Assembly: GCF_009914755.1 (NCBI RefSeq)
Contig: NC_060925.1
Length of the DNA stretch: 64,000 bases
DNA from: the human T2T-CHM13v2.0 reference genome, Homo sapiens
Direction: 5' to 3' (one strand)
Shown: positions 1 to 24,853 of the stretch, in pieces
Position numbering within the stretch: the first letter of the stretch is position 1
Layout of the letters: each line of letters begins with the position of its first letter
Translations under genes and position numbers: made by a program
The notes under the pieces: model-generated
The model's input: only the letters and a program-made list of their open reading frames with translations
What the model was told of the DNA's origin: nothing
Databases searched by the model: none

Positions 1-893
1 GGAGTGCAGCGGCACGATCTCGGCTCACTGCAAGCTCCGCTTCCTGGGTTCACGCCATTCTCCTGCCTCAGCCTCCTGAGCAGCCAGTACTACAGGCTCC
101 CGCCACCACGCCCGGTTAATTTTTGTATTTATAGTAGAGATGGGGTTTCACCGTGTTGGCCAGGATGGTCTTGATCTCCTGACCTCAAGTGATCTGCCTG
201 CCTCTGCCTCCCAAAGTGCTAGGATTACAGGCGTAAGCCACAGCGCCCGGCCCCGCTTTTTAAAAATTGAGACAGGGTCTTGCTGTGTCACTCAACAATC
301 CTCCTGCCTCAGTCTCCTGACTAGCTGGGTCTAGCGACGCACGCCACCACCGCAGTTAATTTTTGTATTTTCTGTACAGAGGGAGTCTCGCCATGTTGCC
401 CAAGCGTAATGACTCCTTTTATGAGGAACCTGAATTCTTTAGAAGACTTAAAAAAGAGCCCAAATGGAAAATCAAGATGTGAAGTTGCTAGGAAGCGGGA
501 ACGTAGTATGATAAATAGAAAGCTGAGGGAGTGATTGGTGTGGGACAAAGCTAAAGGAAAAGGTGAATTCAGATTGGCATCCTAGAGAAGCAGGCAAAAG
601 ATGGGAAAGCTCACTGGGTGGGATGACTCACACCTGTAATCCTAGCACTTTGGGAAGCCTAGTGGGGAGGATTGCTTGTTGCCAAGAGTTCAAGACCAAT
701 CTGGTAAACATAGCAAGACCCCATTTCTAAAAATATTAAGAAGAAAGGGAAAAAAAAGAAAGATGGGAAAGCTTACAAGTTTTCAGGAAAGATACAGCAT
801 AAGGAAAAATACATAAATGGAAACAAACTAGCTGGGGTGGAGGAGCTTTATAGCTTCATTGAAAATTTTTGAATGCCAGGCTAAGAGATGTAG

Positions 894-1034
<141 letters not shown>

Positions 1035-1129
1035 TGAGTAGCTGGGACTACAGGTGCCCACCACCACGCCTGGCTGATTTTTGTATTTTTAGTAGAGAGG
1101 GTTTCACCACGTTAGCCAAGATGGTCTCA

Positions 1130-1222
<93 letters not shown>

Positions 1223-1952
1223 TTACCACTGAATTCTCAAGCAAAAAGTTCTTAACCTTCCCTTCTCACCAGTTGTGTGGATTTTGACTTTCTGGTATGA
1301 CTCACGCGTCATTTTCTTTCCCCAATGTGAAGTAACATTTGGAGAAACAAACGCTTGTTGAGTTGAATTATCAAAGAATTGTAAGGAAGGGGCTCCTGTA
1401 GTGCTAGCTGCTCCAGAGGCTGAGGCAAGAGGATTGCTTGAACCCAGGAGTTCAAGACTGTAGTGTGAGTGCACTCTTGTTGTGCCTGTGAATAACCACT
1501 CCACTCTAACCTAGGAAGCATAGTGAGACCATGTCTCTTAAAAAAAATGTAGGAAAGATATTGCATGGGCTGCATTAAGGCCTTTAATGTGGTAGCTTTA
1601 TTTCACAAGTAAGGGAAGCCTTGGAAGATCAGATTATCTTTATTGGGTTATGCAGTTATTGAATGGTGGAGAGGAGCCTAAAGCACATCTTTTTAGTGCA
1701 ATGTTCTTTAATAATTATTACTAGTCTTACTAGAAATGGAAAGACTTATGGTGGTTCATTTTCCAATTTAGAATCCTTGTCTTGTCATTTCAGCAGGTGT
1801 CGCTTTAAAAAAAAAACCAGAATCCTCATCTGATTGGGTTTAAATATTGGTAGGGTTCTTGAGGACTGAGAGGGCAAAGGAAAGGGAACCTAGTTCTTAG
1901 CAAAGCAGAGAGTTCTAGGTGTGGAAGGCTGGATGGCAGAAGACCACAGTGA

Positions 1953-2060
<108 letters not shown>

Positions 2061-2062
2061 TA

Positions 2063-2308
<246 letters not shown>

Positions 2309-2470
2309 TCAGAATGGTTTCTATGTCTTTTAAAAGGATCTGGTCTTAGGGTCAGGCGTGGTGGCTCATGCCTGTAATCCCAGCACTTTGGGAGGTTCAG
2401 GCGGGTGGATCACCTGAGGTCAGGAGTTCAATACCAGCCTGGCCAACATAGCGAAACCCTGTCTCTACTA

Positions 2471-2710
<240 letters not shown>

Positions 2711-3567
2711 CTACATTGTCACCTATGCTGAGAGTAAAGATAAGTACCAGGTTGTAAGGTATCCTGTTTCATTTTTCTCTGTTTCTCCTCATTTCTAACT
2801 CTCCTATTTCATACCTTCTGGTGGCATGTCTGAGAAGTATATTATGTCTAATGACCTTTCTCTGGCCCTACTTTGCTATCTTGGAAGTACAAAATGAACT
2901 TTTTTTTTTTTTGAGACAGAGTTTCACTCTTATTGCCCAAGCTGGAGTGCAATGGTGCCATCTCGGCTCACCGCAACCTCTGCCGCCCATGTTCAAGCGT
3001 TTCTCCTGCCTCAGCCTCCTGAGTAGCTGGGATTACAGGCATGCGCCACCAAGCCCAGCTAATTTTGTATTTTTACTAGAGATGGGGTTTCTCCAGGTTA
3101 GTCAGGCTGGTCTCTAACTCCCAACCTCACATGATCCACCCGCCTTGGCCTCCCAAAGTGCTGGGATTACAGGCTTGAGCCACTGCACCTGGCCTAAAAT
3201 GAACGTCTTTATAGGTAACATCCAGACCCTGCAGTGAGTTAGCTAGGGAGATGAATGTTGAATTTGGGAAAAGGCATGTATTACGTGTAACTTCACTCTT
3301 TTTTTCTGACTTCTCCCTGTAAATCTTTTTCTGTATGATTTATTTTGGTAGATTTAGATAGGTCTTCTGGCCATGGTTGTTGAGATGTTTGTTATTGAAA
3401 GATCAAAGGATAGCTGTTGCTTAATGGTAAAACAAATTTCCAACAGGCTCAGTTTTAGTTCCCTTATTCCTAAAGTATAGATAACACAAAAGCAAGAATT
3501 TTGTTTTTAGAAAATTAGCTACTTTGACAAAAAACAACAAAATTTGTGGTACAGTATTATTTATTGA

Positions 3568-3726
<159 letters not shown>

Positions 3727-4434
3727 TAATTTTTTGTATTTTTAGTAGAGACGGGGTTTCACCATGTTAGCCAGAATGGTCTCGATCTCCTGACCTCGTG
3801 ATCTGCCCACCTCAGCCTCCCAAAGTGCTGGGATTACAGGCGTGAGCCACCATGCCCAGCTGAACCACTTCTTACAGTTGTATCAAGAGAGTAGCGGCTG
3901 GGTGCAGTGCCTCAGTCTTGTATTCTCAGCAATTTGGGAGGCTAAGAATGGTGGATCACTTGAGGCCAGGAGTTCGAGACTAGCCTGGCCAACATGGCGA
4001 AACCCCGTCTTTACTAAAAATACAAAAATTAGCCATGCATGGTGGCACAGGTCTGTAATCCCAGCTACTCCGTAGGCTGAGGCAGAAGAGCCGCTTGAAC
4101 CTGGGAGGCAGAGACTGCAGTGATGCCCCATATCATATATGGAATGCATCCCCATTTACACCTAAAATTTGAAACAGAATCTGAGAAACAAAATATTTCT
4201 AATCTCCTTCCTGATCCTCTTCACTGATACCAGGTTTGCAGAAAATATAAGGCCAGCTCTTATCTTTTGAGAGAAGACTTATTTCTTTGTCTAAGATTGT
4301 CTATACCCCTTTTTATCTGCCTCTTTTAAAAATCCTTGTCCAGCCACTATATTTTTAATTTAATCAACACTCAGTTTTTGCTTTTCCTGTTTTTTTTTTC
4401 TGTTTTTTGTTTGTTTGTTTGTTTGTTTGTTTGA

Positions 4435-4863
<429 letters not shown>

Positions 4864-4960
4864 TAGGGAACGAACCATCAAGAAAACAAAACTAATGCCA
4901 GGGCCCAATCTGAGATGAATCAGAATCTCCAGGGGTTGCAACCTGGATGGCAGCATTTTA

Positions 4961-5455
<495 letters not shown>

Positions 5456-6108
5456 TTATTTAATGTTTGTCAAACTTTTTTACTGAAGTGTCGTTAACAG
5501 CAGAGGAGAGTGAATGAACTATAGGGGTTCTGCTACTATAAGCAAACATGGAATTTCTTTGAAGCTTCCCTAAATTAAAATGTAAGGTGAACTTCGTATT
5601 CGTTGCCATTGCATCTGTTTTATGGGTAACACCCCCACTCCTTCGAGTTAAAATTGGTGCCTCCAGGCAGATGCATCAAATTTGTCCAGAAACTTGTATC
5701 CTTTGGCATTCTGTTAATTACCCTGGTTAAGAAGCACAGTATTACCTTTTCTTCAGGGATTAAAACACCAAAGTAGGAGTAGGATTTGGAAAAAAGCAAT
5801 TTACATTGCTTAAAAAGAAAAGAATTATATTCTTTTCTTTTTAAGAAAGAAGAGGAGTGGTTAGAAAAATAAATTTGGCCAGGCGCGGTGGCTCACCCCT
5901 GTAAGCTCAGCACTTTGGGAGGCCGAGGCGGGTGGATCATCTGAGGTCAGGAGTTCAAGACCAGCCTGGCCAACATGATGAAACCCTGTCTCTACTAAAA
6001 AAAATACAAAAATTGGCCGGGCGCGGTGGCTCATGCCTGTAATCCCAGCACTTTGGGAGGCTGAGGGGGGCGGATCACGAGGTCAGGAGATCGAGACCAT
6101 CCTGGCTA

Positions 6109-6294
<186 letters not shown>

Positions 6295-6599
6295 TCAAAA
6301 GAAAAAAAAATTAGCCGGACATGGTGGCAGGTGCCTGTAATCCCAGCTACTCAGGAGGCTGAGGCAGGAGAATCGCTTGAACCCAGGAGGCGGAGGTTCC
6401 AGTGAGCCGAGATCGCGCCATTCATTGCACTCCAGCCTGGGGGACGAGAGCGAGACTTCGTCTCAAAAAAGGAAAAGAAATTCAAGTCCCATAGACTCAG
6501 AGTCCCATAAATTGTATTATAGCTTCGCGGGGCAGGGGGGAAATGAACAAATATTTCAGTCTTAGAATAATTTTCTTTTTCCTTTCTTTTTTTTTTTAA

Positions 6600-6863
<264 letters not shown>

Positions 6864-8554
6864 TAGAATAATTTTCTAGGTAAGGACTTTCAAGCTTGCA
6901 TACGTGAGCAGACTGATTTTGGAGTGATCCAATCTTCTGTTTTCCTGCTGCCTGTTAAACACATTTTCTGACTGATGCACTTTTCTGTTTCTTCTTTTTC
7001 TCTGCTTTTCCCAAATGTCCTCTATCTAGCCACTTTTTCTGTATATCTTTCTCACACTCCAGGCCTCTCCTGATCTCTTTCAGCTTTCTCATAGCTGGTA
7101 GTTTAAAAATAATTTGCTTGTTCTGTGGTCTAATTACAACAATGGGTAGGAGAGCAAATGAGTCTAGAGGGAGGTGATTAAAGCTTTACCATGTTTGGAG
7201 TACAGAGAGAGTCTTACAAAGGAAATAGCCTACGTGTCTGTCCAGTGAGGCCACCACAAAATGCCTGTTATATAACTGGGGGCCCTCATTGGTGCCCCGG
7301 GATGAGAAGGTGGAGAGTGGGGGTTGCTAGGAAGCCCTGCATGATTGGCTGGCCCCCAAGCAAAGAAAGGTGAGTACACTGGAAGCATGCCCTGTTGACT
7401 CCTTTTACTCCTAGTGGGCTACCTTCTGGGTCCATTGAGTCCTTCTGCATACACGTCTGTCCTGACGTAGACTGGCTACACTGACATGTGAGTCTGCCAC
7501 CCGCACCTCCCCCCGCTCCAGGCAGCTTGGCTCCTTTTACATAATCATTTGAATTTCACTAAAACTGGCAGCTGGTTTCTCCTTCAGTATTAGGTTGCCA
7601 GGCGCCCGAACTCCAGGCTGATCTGTTTACTCTAAAGCTCTTGATGTACTAGTCCTTGAACTACTTTTGGAAGCAGAAGGAAGCATCATTAGTAACACCC
7701 CCTCTATTCTTGTGTTTTACAAAGCTTTTCTTGCATCCTTTTCTGTTAGAGGTAAAGTTGAGTAGATACCTCTACTATAGGGACTCTGGGGCATTTGAAG
7801 ATAATCTGTGCCTTTTTTAGTATGACTAGAACGTGTCGGGTAAGGGAGGGAATCCTCACCTGGCATCTTGGAATTTATTTGGTCTGTGTTTTGGAAGTAA
7901 GTAGTACATCCAGGGAATGCCATTTACCAACCCCCATCATTATATTCTTTCTTTTCCCTTCACCATTCTTATGTTCTTTTGTTATTCTTTTTCCTTGTCT
8001 TGCCCTTTTGCCTGACAGTACAGGCATTTCCTTGGTAAGATGATCACCTTTGTTTTAGAAGCCTTTTGGAACTCCAGTAGGGTTCCTTGAGTCATACTCA
8101 ACCCCTTCCTCCTCTTGCAGTGTTGTTTCATCCTACTTTTAAACTGTCTTTGTCATTCCAATAGGTTCGTCTTCCTAGGTCATATTTACTCAGGGTCTCT
8201 GTCGTTTTTATATTCTCTCAAATCCAGTCTCCTTGTACTTTTTACATTATATATCCAATCTTTTTCTTTCAGGGGCTTTTTTCTATATTTTCTCCAATAT
8301 ACTACTTTCTAGTCCAAAAAGCAACCTTCATTAGACAGTATTAAACACAAAGTCTCAGCAGAAATAAATGTTTACATGTTTAGATCATTCTTTTATCCAA
8401 GTGTCCCTTATCGGCTTCCATTTCCTCTTTACTCTGATTGAAGAGTCTAGCCCAGCTCTTCACTCCCTCTTTTACCCATGGATACTGCAACAGTTTGTCT
8501 TCTGAAATGGGTGGTTTTTGTTTGAGAAGCAGAATACTGTTGTAGAGCACTTTA

Positions 8555-8700
8555 CTAAAGACCTGAATTCTGTTTATAGTTCCATTTTGTGATCTTGGGC
8601 GGGTCAGCCTCTCTGAACTTCAGTTTCCTCATCTATAAAAAGAGGACATTATTTGCCTAAACAATTTCATAGGAGTGTAGTTAGGATGATGGATATAAAA
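8555..8700. mobile_element. MIR fragment (others at about 37330-37460, 54660-54810, 60990-61090)
   Basis: MIR core gtgatcttgggc...ctctctgaacttcagtttcctcatctataaaa. Confidence 0.65.
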
Positions 8701-8978
8701 ATGCTATCTAAACTCTAATATGCCATCGTAGTAAAGGTAATACTATTGAGGCTTTCTGAGCTATATCCCCAATAACTGTATATATTGTAAGGTCACTTAA
8801 TCCCTTGTGCTATGGACATTTATTAGTCATCTAGAGGACTCATTTTTGGCATACATTTCCTAGTTGTTCTTTGCCAAGTATTTTGTTAGGTGCAAAAGTG
8901 AATACAGATTTGATCTCTAACCTTAGAAAAGACACAACCCAATGAGGGGTTCAATGTAATACTGTTTGATCAGTGCTA

Positions 8979-9345
<367 letters not shown>

Positions 9346-9501
9346 TTAGAAATGCAAATTCTTGGCCCCTACTCTAGGCCTACAGAATCAGAAACTGTGG
9401 CACAGCAGTCTGTGGTGTTCTTTGAAATAGGGTTTCACAGCCAAGCGCAGTGGCTCATGCCTGTAATCCCAGCACTTTGGGAGGCCAAGGCAGGCAGATC
9501 A

Positions 9502-9717
<216 letters not shown>

Positions 9718-9872
9718 TCAAAAAAAAAAAAAAAAAGGCCGGTTGCGGTGGCTCATGCCTGTAATCCCAGCACTTTGGGAGGCTGAGGCGGGTGGATCAC
9801 CTGAGGTCAGGAGTTCGAGACCAGCCTGCCAACATGGCGAAACCTTATGTCTACTAAAAATAACAAAAATTA

Positions 9873-10004
<132 letters not shown>

Positions 10005-10536
10005 TCAAAAGAAAGAAAGAAATAGGGTCTTGCTTGCCCAGGCTGGAGTGCAGTGCCACAATCATGGCTCACTGCAGTCTCAACCTCCTGGGATAAAGCA
10101 TTTCTCCCATTCTCCCATGTCAGCCTCCCAAGTAGCTGGGAGTGCAGGTGTGTGTGCCACCATGTCTGGTTAATTTTTTATTTTTTGTGGAGATGGGGTT
10201 CTCACTATGTTGCTCAGGCTAGTGTCAAACTCCTGGGCTCAAGTGATCCTCCCAGCTCGGCCTCCCAAAGTCCTGGGATTACAGGTGTGAGCCACCATGG
10301 CCAGCCAGCAATCCCTGTTTTAACAAGCTTTCCAGATGACTACTGCATGCCAAAGTTTGATTTCACCTGAACTAGTTTACAGATGTGATAACAATTGATT
10401 TGGGCCTTTGAGGAACAAGTAGGATTTCATCAGGAAGAAAAAGAAAAGAATGATATTCCAAGTAAAGGGAACATCATGAGCAAAGAAAAAAACAAGTATG
10501 TAGGATGCTTGGAGAACTGCATATACTTAAGTGTGA

Positions 10537-10806
<270 letters not shown>

Positions 10807-11465
10807 TAGGGCAGGTTATTAAAAGATATATATATAGGGGGCAATTGTTTGGGCTTTGAGCTTAGACTAGTAGTTCCAAAATCTGTCTGTACATTGGAAT
10901 CACCTTGGAAACTGAAAAACCTGCTCATGTCCCTTTCCCTCTCCTTTGTGATTTAATTGGACTGGGTGTGGCCCAGGGTTCGGAATGTTTAAAAGATCCC
11001 TGGGCAGTTCTGATGTGCAGATGATTCTGGGAACTTTAGTGGCTTAGGCCACTCTGTATATTAGGAAAGATTTTTTAGCACCAGAGTGACATGATCTGAT
11101 TTATGTTTTAGGGCAATAATTGGTGTAGGAAAAGAGAGTGGAAATAGGGCAACCTACTTATTCACATTTCAGATGAGTTGTTCTTTAGGATCCCTTCACA
11201 ACCACTTTCTTGTTCTCAAGTTCAGGTTTAATGCCTCCTGTGAGTTTGTTTTTGTTTTGTTTTTCCTTGAGACAAGAGTCTCTGTTGCCCAGGCTGGAGT
11301 GCAGTGGCACCATCTCGGCTCACTACAGCCTCCACCCCGAGTTCAAGGGATTCTCCTGCCTTAGCCTACTGAGTACAGGTGCCCACCACTACGCCTGGCT
11401 AATTTTTGTATTTTTAGTAGAGGTGGGGTTTCACCATGTTGGCCAGGCTGGTCTTGAACTCCTGA

Positions 11466-11774
<309 letters not shown>

Positions 11775-12037
11775 TAAGTAAGAGAATCACCTTAAGAATC
11801 ACCCCTAGTGATTCTGTTCTTACTGAAAATGGCTCTCCCCAGTTGAGGTCTCTGAAATGCCCCATTAGTTGAGAATCATTGCTGTAGGGAGACATGTTCT
11901 TCAGGTACTGTATCATATCCCTCAGGTGTGTTGTGGTAGAGTAGATTTGAGAACATAACTTTGACTATAAACTCTCCAAGAGCAAGGGCCATGTAATTAA
12001 TTGCTTTTTTATTTCCCCAATTTTTTTTTTTTTTTGA

Positions 12038-12160
<123 letters not shown>

Positions 12161-12999
12161 TAGGCGCCCGCCATCATGCCCAGCTAATTTTTGTATTTTT
12201 AGTAGAGACGGGGTTTCACCATATTGGTCAGGCTGGTCTCGAACTCCCGACCTCAGGTGATCCACCTGCCTCGGCTTCCCGAAGTGCTAGGATTACAGGC
12301 ATGAGTCACTGTGCCCAGCCTTTTTTTTTTTTTTTTTTTTTTTTTTCCTTGAGTCAAGGTGTCACTCTGTTGTCCAGGCTGGAATGCAGTGGTAGGATCT
12401 CAGCTCACTGCAGCCATGAACTCCCAGGTTCAATTGATCCTCCCACCTCAGCCTCCTGAGTAGAGGGGACTACAGGCATGTACCACCATGCCTGGTTAAT
12501 GTTTGTATTATTTGCAGAGACGGGGTTTTGCCGTGTTGCCCATGCTGAACAATATTTTTTTTCTTTTTTGAGACAGGGTCTTATTCTGTCACCCAGGCTG
12601 GAGTACACTGGTGCAAACACAGCACACTGCAGCCTCAGTCTCCCCTGGGCTCAAGTGATGCTCCCACCTCAGCCTCGTGAGTCGCTAGCACTACAGACAC
12701 ATATTACGAAGCCTGGCTAATTATTTTTATTTTTTGTAGAAACAGGGTTTTGCCATGTTGCCTAGGCTGGTCTCAAACTCCTGGGCTCAATCTGCTCACC
12801 TTGGGCTCCCAGGGTGGTGGGATTACAGGCATGAGCCACTGCACCCGGCCCACAGATTCTTATTGAGGCCTTTGTAAGTAGGCAGTTAATGCTCTATTGC
12901 CACCATTTCCCACTGTATTTTTTATAAATACCAATTGTTTGGTCAATCGACTTCTATTTATGAAACTGGAAAAGAATAATGATGATCCCAAATGTCTAA

Positions 13000-13203
<204 letters not shown>

Positions 13204-13298
13204 GGCCTGTGGGTGGGACACCCAGTGCGAAACCCTCATCCAGTTTTCTCTCCATCTCTTTTCTTTGTACAATCCCATTTCCTATTACCATTCTCTGC

Positions 13299-13304
13299 AA
13301 TAAA
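13299..13304 (+). terminator. MRPS21: Proximal poly(A) signal of MRPS21
   Basis: AATAAA about 95 nt after the stop codon, with an upstream TGTA element. Confidence 0.75.
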
Positions 13305-13414
13305 CTCAAATCACATGTCTGCAAGAAGGCCTCCAAATATAGAAACAATCCCATTAGTCAGCAGTGGACCCTGTCTTTTATTAAGTGAAAGAAGAAACTG
13401 AGTCTGAAAGTACT

Positions 13415-13945
<531 letters not shown>

Positions 13946-13992
13946 TTTGAAAGTCCAGGAGAAGTAAGGAATTTTTTTTTTCTTTTTTTTAA

Positions 13993-14481
<489 letters not shown>

Positions 14482-14969
14482 TAGCCAGGATAGTCTCGAT
14501 CTCCTGGTCTCGTGATCCCCCTGCCTTGGCCTCCCAAAGTGTTGGGATTACAGGCGTGAGCCACTGCGCCCGGCCGGAAAATTTTTTTAATGTAGTGAAA
14601 TATGTCTACCATTTCCTACCCAATTTTTTTGAATCCCCAAGCAAAATCTTACTGAGAAAGCATCTATTACTTTTTATTAAACTGTTCCATGTTAGGTAGA
14701 GAGGAGAAGATGCATGTATGTATTTGGAATAAATTCTGCTTCTGAAAACACCTATCAACCAGACTAGAGTGCTGGAATCCTTGCCCAAAGAAATTCTTAA
14801 ATCTACCCTAATGTTCATTCCTGTTTTCTGTCCTTTTAGTTTTCCTAACAGAGACTAAGAGAGGGATGGTGGAGAAGAAATAAAGCAATAGATGGGTGGG
14901 ACTCAGTAGATAGTAGGAAAGAGGGAATGGAGCGTTGAGAGAATGGCACAGAGCCAGAAATACCCACAA

Positions 14970-15150
14970 AGCAGTGCTTCTCAAAGTGTCAGATCAGCAG
15001 CATCAATTTCACCAGAGGGATTGCTTGAAATGCAAATTATGGGACCCTACTTTAGATCTTCGATATTGGAAATTGAGGTTGGAGCCCAGCAATCTATTTT
15101 CACAAGCCTTGCAGGTGATTCTGATGCCTGCTAGAGTTACAACCACTGCC
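14970..15150. mobile_element. MER5A-like hAT MITE (related fragments at about 4820-4990, 9300-9410, 10870-11035)
   Basis: cagtgcttctcaaagtg...cagcagcatca...gaaatgcaaatt...caggtgattctgatgc...aaccactg, with terminal inverted ends. Confidence 0.7.
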
Positions 15151-15470
15151 CTTTGCAGTACTCAAAGAGACTTCAAGTGGAGGTTCCCACCATCACTGCC
15201 TCTACCCAGCAGTCACTCCTGATTATTTTACTCTTGACAGCTGCGGAAACTGACCACTGTGGGAAGACCAGCTGCTCTGCTTTTTCTCCTGCTGTTTCCT
15301 CCACCATTGGTTGGCTGACAGCCATGTTGCTATTATTAAGAGTCGGTGCCAGGCCGGGTGCCATGGCTCACGCCTGTAATTTCAGCACTTTGGGAGGCTG
15401 AGGCGGGCGGATCACGAGGTCAGGAGTTTGAGACCAGCCTAGCCAACATAGTGAAACCCTGTCTCTACTA

Positions 15471-15620
<150 letters not shown>

Positions 15621-15698
15621 TTAAAAGTTGGTGCTGGCCAGGCACAGTGGCTCACGCCTGTAATCCCAGCACTTTGGGAAGCCGAGGCGGGCGGATCA

Positions 15699-16126
<428 letters not shown>

Positions 16127-16169
16127 TCACGAGGTCAGGAGAGCAAGACCATCCTGGCTAACACGATGA

Positions 16170-16397
<228 letters not shown>

Positions 16398-17216
16398 TAG
16401 CCAGTATGGTCTTGATCTCCTGACCTCGTGATCCACCCGCCTCGGCCTCCCAAAGTGCTGGGATTACAGGCGCCCGGGAGGCTGAGGCAGGAGAATGGCG
16501 TGAACCCCGGAGGCAGACCTTGCAGTGAGCCGAGATGGCGCCACTGCACTCCAGCCTGGGTGACAGAGCGAGACTCCGTCTCAAAAATAAATAAATAAAA
16601 TAAAATAAATCTGAATTTGGTCTTTAGTACATTTTAATGATATTGAGCCATAATATAGTGTCATCTACCACAGTGGTAAGGCATGTTTGTGATAACAGAA
16701 TCAGGCCTGTTACTTGGCATTATTCTCCTGGGGCTAAAGTTGCTTCTGAGCTCCCTCCAAAATACTAAGAGGTGGCTGAGATTTGAAATTTTCTTTGTCT
16801 CTAAAAATTATCCCCCGCTTGTTTTAATCTTCAGTCTTATTGCCCATGCTCCCCTAGAGCAATGAACAATGATGGGTTTTAGCAGCTAGCCAGTTGAGAG
16901 GCCTCATAAATGCGATAAGTGGCTGGATAAAGTTCCAATCTGCTTATGCTGTGATGATAGGGAGAAAAACTTTCCACTCCTTGCTCTGGGAAGCTAGAAG
17001 ATAATTTGCATGGTAGTTTAATGAGTAGGGGTTGCACTAATCTTTTAATCCCTGCATTGATTTCAGAGGAGGGGTGGTTTGCTGTTTACCCAGTTACAGA
17101 ATGATAGGTAAGTACCTCCTACCCTAAACTTGGGCACCTATGAAATCTCTTACCTGTTTAGTGAAGTGCCTCTGACAGGCCTGCTCCAATCATAATTTAA
17201 AGATCTCGTAATCTAG

Positions 17217-17481
<265 letters not shown>

Positions 17482-17967
17482 TAGCCAGGATGGTCTCGAT
17501 CTCCTGACCTCGTGATCCGCACTCCTCGGCCTCCCAACGTGCTGGGATTACAGGCATGAGCCACTGTGTCCAGCTCTGTTGAGTAATTTTGACACTGCAC
17601 TTTCAAGTTTTCAGAAGTGCACCACTTACAAAATAAGAGTTTGTATGTTAAGTGAGAATGCTAAGGAATAATCACTCACTGTATACTAACAAGGTTAAGG
17701 AATAGTGTTTACATAGGTAATTGAAGGGAAAAGGAAATGCTGGAACTTCCACTATGTGTCAGCTACCTTACATATATAATTTTTACTTAGTCAAAAAAAA
17801 TCTGGATTCCATCATGATCTTGGTATCTTATTTAACATAAACCCTTGTGTCCCCTGTAAAATAAGGATAATGGGGCCGGGCATGGTAGCTCACGCCTGTA
17901 ATCCCAGCACTTTGGGAGGCCGAGGCGAGCAGATCACAAGGTCAGGAGATCGAGACCATCCTGGCTA

Positions 17968-18198
<231 letters not shown>

Positions 18199-18678
18199 TT
18201 ATGTTTTATTTTTATTTTTATTTATTTTGAGACGGAGTTCTGCTCTTGTTGCTCAGGCTGGAGTGCAATGGTGATCTTGACTCACCGCAACCTCCGCCCC
18301 CTGCCTCAAGCCTCTCGAGTAGCTGGGATTAACAGGCATGCACCACCATGCCCGACTAATTTTGTATTTTTGGTAGAGACAGGGTTTCTCCATGTTAGTT
18401 AGGCTGGTCTCGAACTCCCGACCTCAAGTGATCCACCTGCCTCGGCCTCCCAAAGTATTGAGATTACAGGCATGAGCCAACTCACCAGGCCAGCATCTAT
18501 AGGTTTTTAATGAGGATGAAATAATGGAATGCATGTCAAGTACTTAGCATAGTGTCTGGCACACAGAACACAATGGATGTGAGCAATTAATTATAGTCCC
18601 CTAGTTGTGCCAGCCAGACACCTGATTTTATTTATTTATTTATTTATTTATTTATATTTATTTATTTATTTTTTTTGA

Positions 18679-19002
<324 letters not shown>

Positions 19003-20229
19003 TAGCATGTGTTTAATCCCTTCTGGCTATCTCTATGATTAAACGCCACGACCTTACTCCCAGCTACCATCATGACTCTTCTGGATTACTACAACAGCTA
19101 TTTGACTATCGGCTTACCTTAGTGTTGTCTGGCTTCAATCTATTCACGCTTTGGCCAGAGTGATTGTTCTAAAATGCAACTCTGATCCTTTCACTTTCCT
19201 GCTTAAACTGACCATTGGTTCCCATTGCTTTCAAAACAAAATCTAAACCACTTTAAACCACTTAGCATGGCATTTAAGGCTCTTTATGATTGAACCCTGC
19301 TTTTCTCTCTACCCATTTTTCCCCTGAAATGCACTTCTGGATCACAGCACATGCTGTTTTCTCTCCTCCCCAGTCCACCAGCATTCAGCTGGATTTTTTT
19401 TTCTCTCTCTTTTTGAGACAGGATCTTACTCTGTTGGTTAGGTTGGAGTACAGTACTATGATCATGGCTCACTGCAGCCTTGACCTCCTGGGCTCATGTG
19501 ATTCTCCCACCTCAGCCTCCCCAAGTAGCTGGGACTATAGGCGCATGCCAACACACACAGCTAATTTTCGTATTTTTTGTAGAGATGAGGTTTTGCTATT
19601 TTACCCAGGCTGGTCTTGAACTCCTGGGCTCAAGTGATCCACCCACCTCTGTCTCCCAAAGTGTTGAGATTACAAATGTGAGACACCACGCTTGACCCTG
19701 GAATGTTTTCTAACATGCCTTCCTTGATGCCTTTACCAACTTTGTATTATCTTTTTATGTCTTGAGTTTACCTTTATAAATTTGCTTCTATAATAGCACA
19801 CTTTCTTTTTTTTTTTTTTTTTTTTTTGAGATGGAGTCTTGCTCTGTTGCCCAGGCTGGAGATCTCAGCTCACTGCAGCCTCCGCCTCCTGGGTTCCAGC
19901 AATTATTCTGCCTCAGCCTCCCAGGTAGCTGGGATTACAGGCACATGCCACCACGCTTGGCTAATTTTTGTATTTTTAGTAGAGACAGGGTTTTACTATG
20001 TTGGCCAGACTGGTCTCAATCTCCTAACCTCAGGTGATCCTCCCACCTCGGTCTTCCAAAGTGCTGGGATTACAGGCATAAGCCATCATGCCTGGCCTTT
20101 TTTACCACTGTATTCCCAGTGCTTTGTATAATGCCCAACATTTAAATGCTCAGTAAATATTTATTGAAGGAATCTATGACAACAGATACGATCTACTAAG
20201 TCTTAATATGTGCCAGGCCCGGTCCTAAA

Positions 20230-24380
<4,151 letters not shown>

Positions 24381-24509
24381 CTTACACATTACATTTAATC
24401 CTCACGATACCTTTTTGAAGTAGAGATTCTTATTCTATAATTGAGGAAACAATCTCAGAAAAAATTACCTGAAGGAAACACAGCTAGTAACCGGAAAGCT
24501 ACAGTTTAA

Positions 24510-24853
<344 letters not shown>

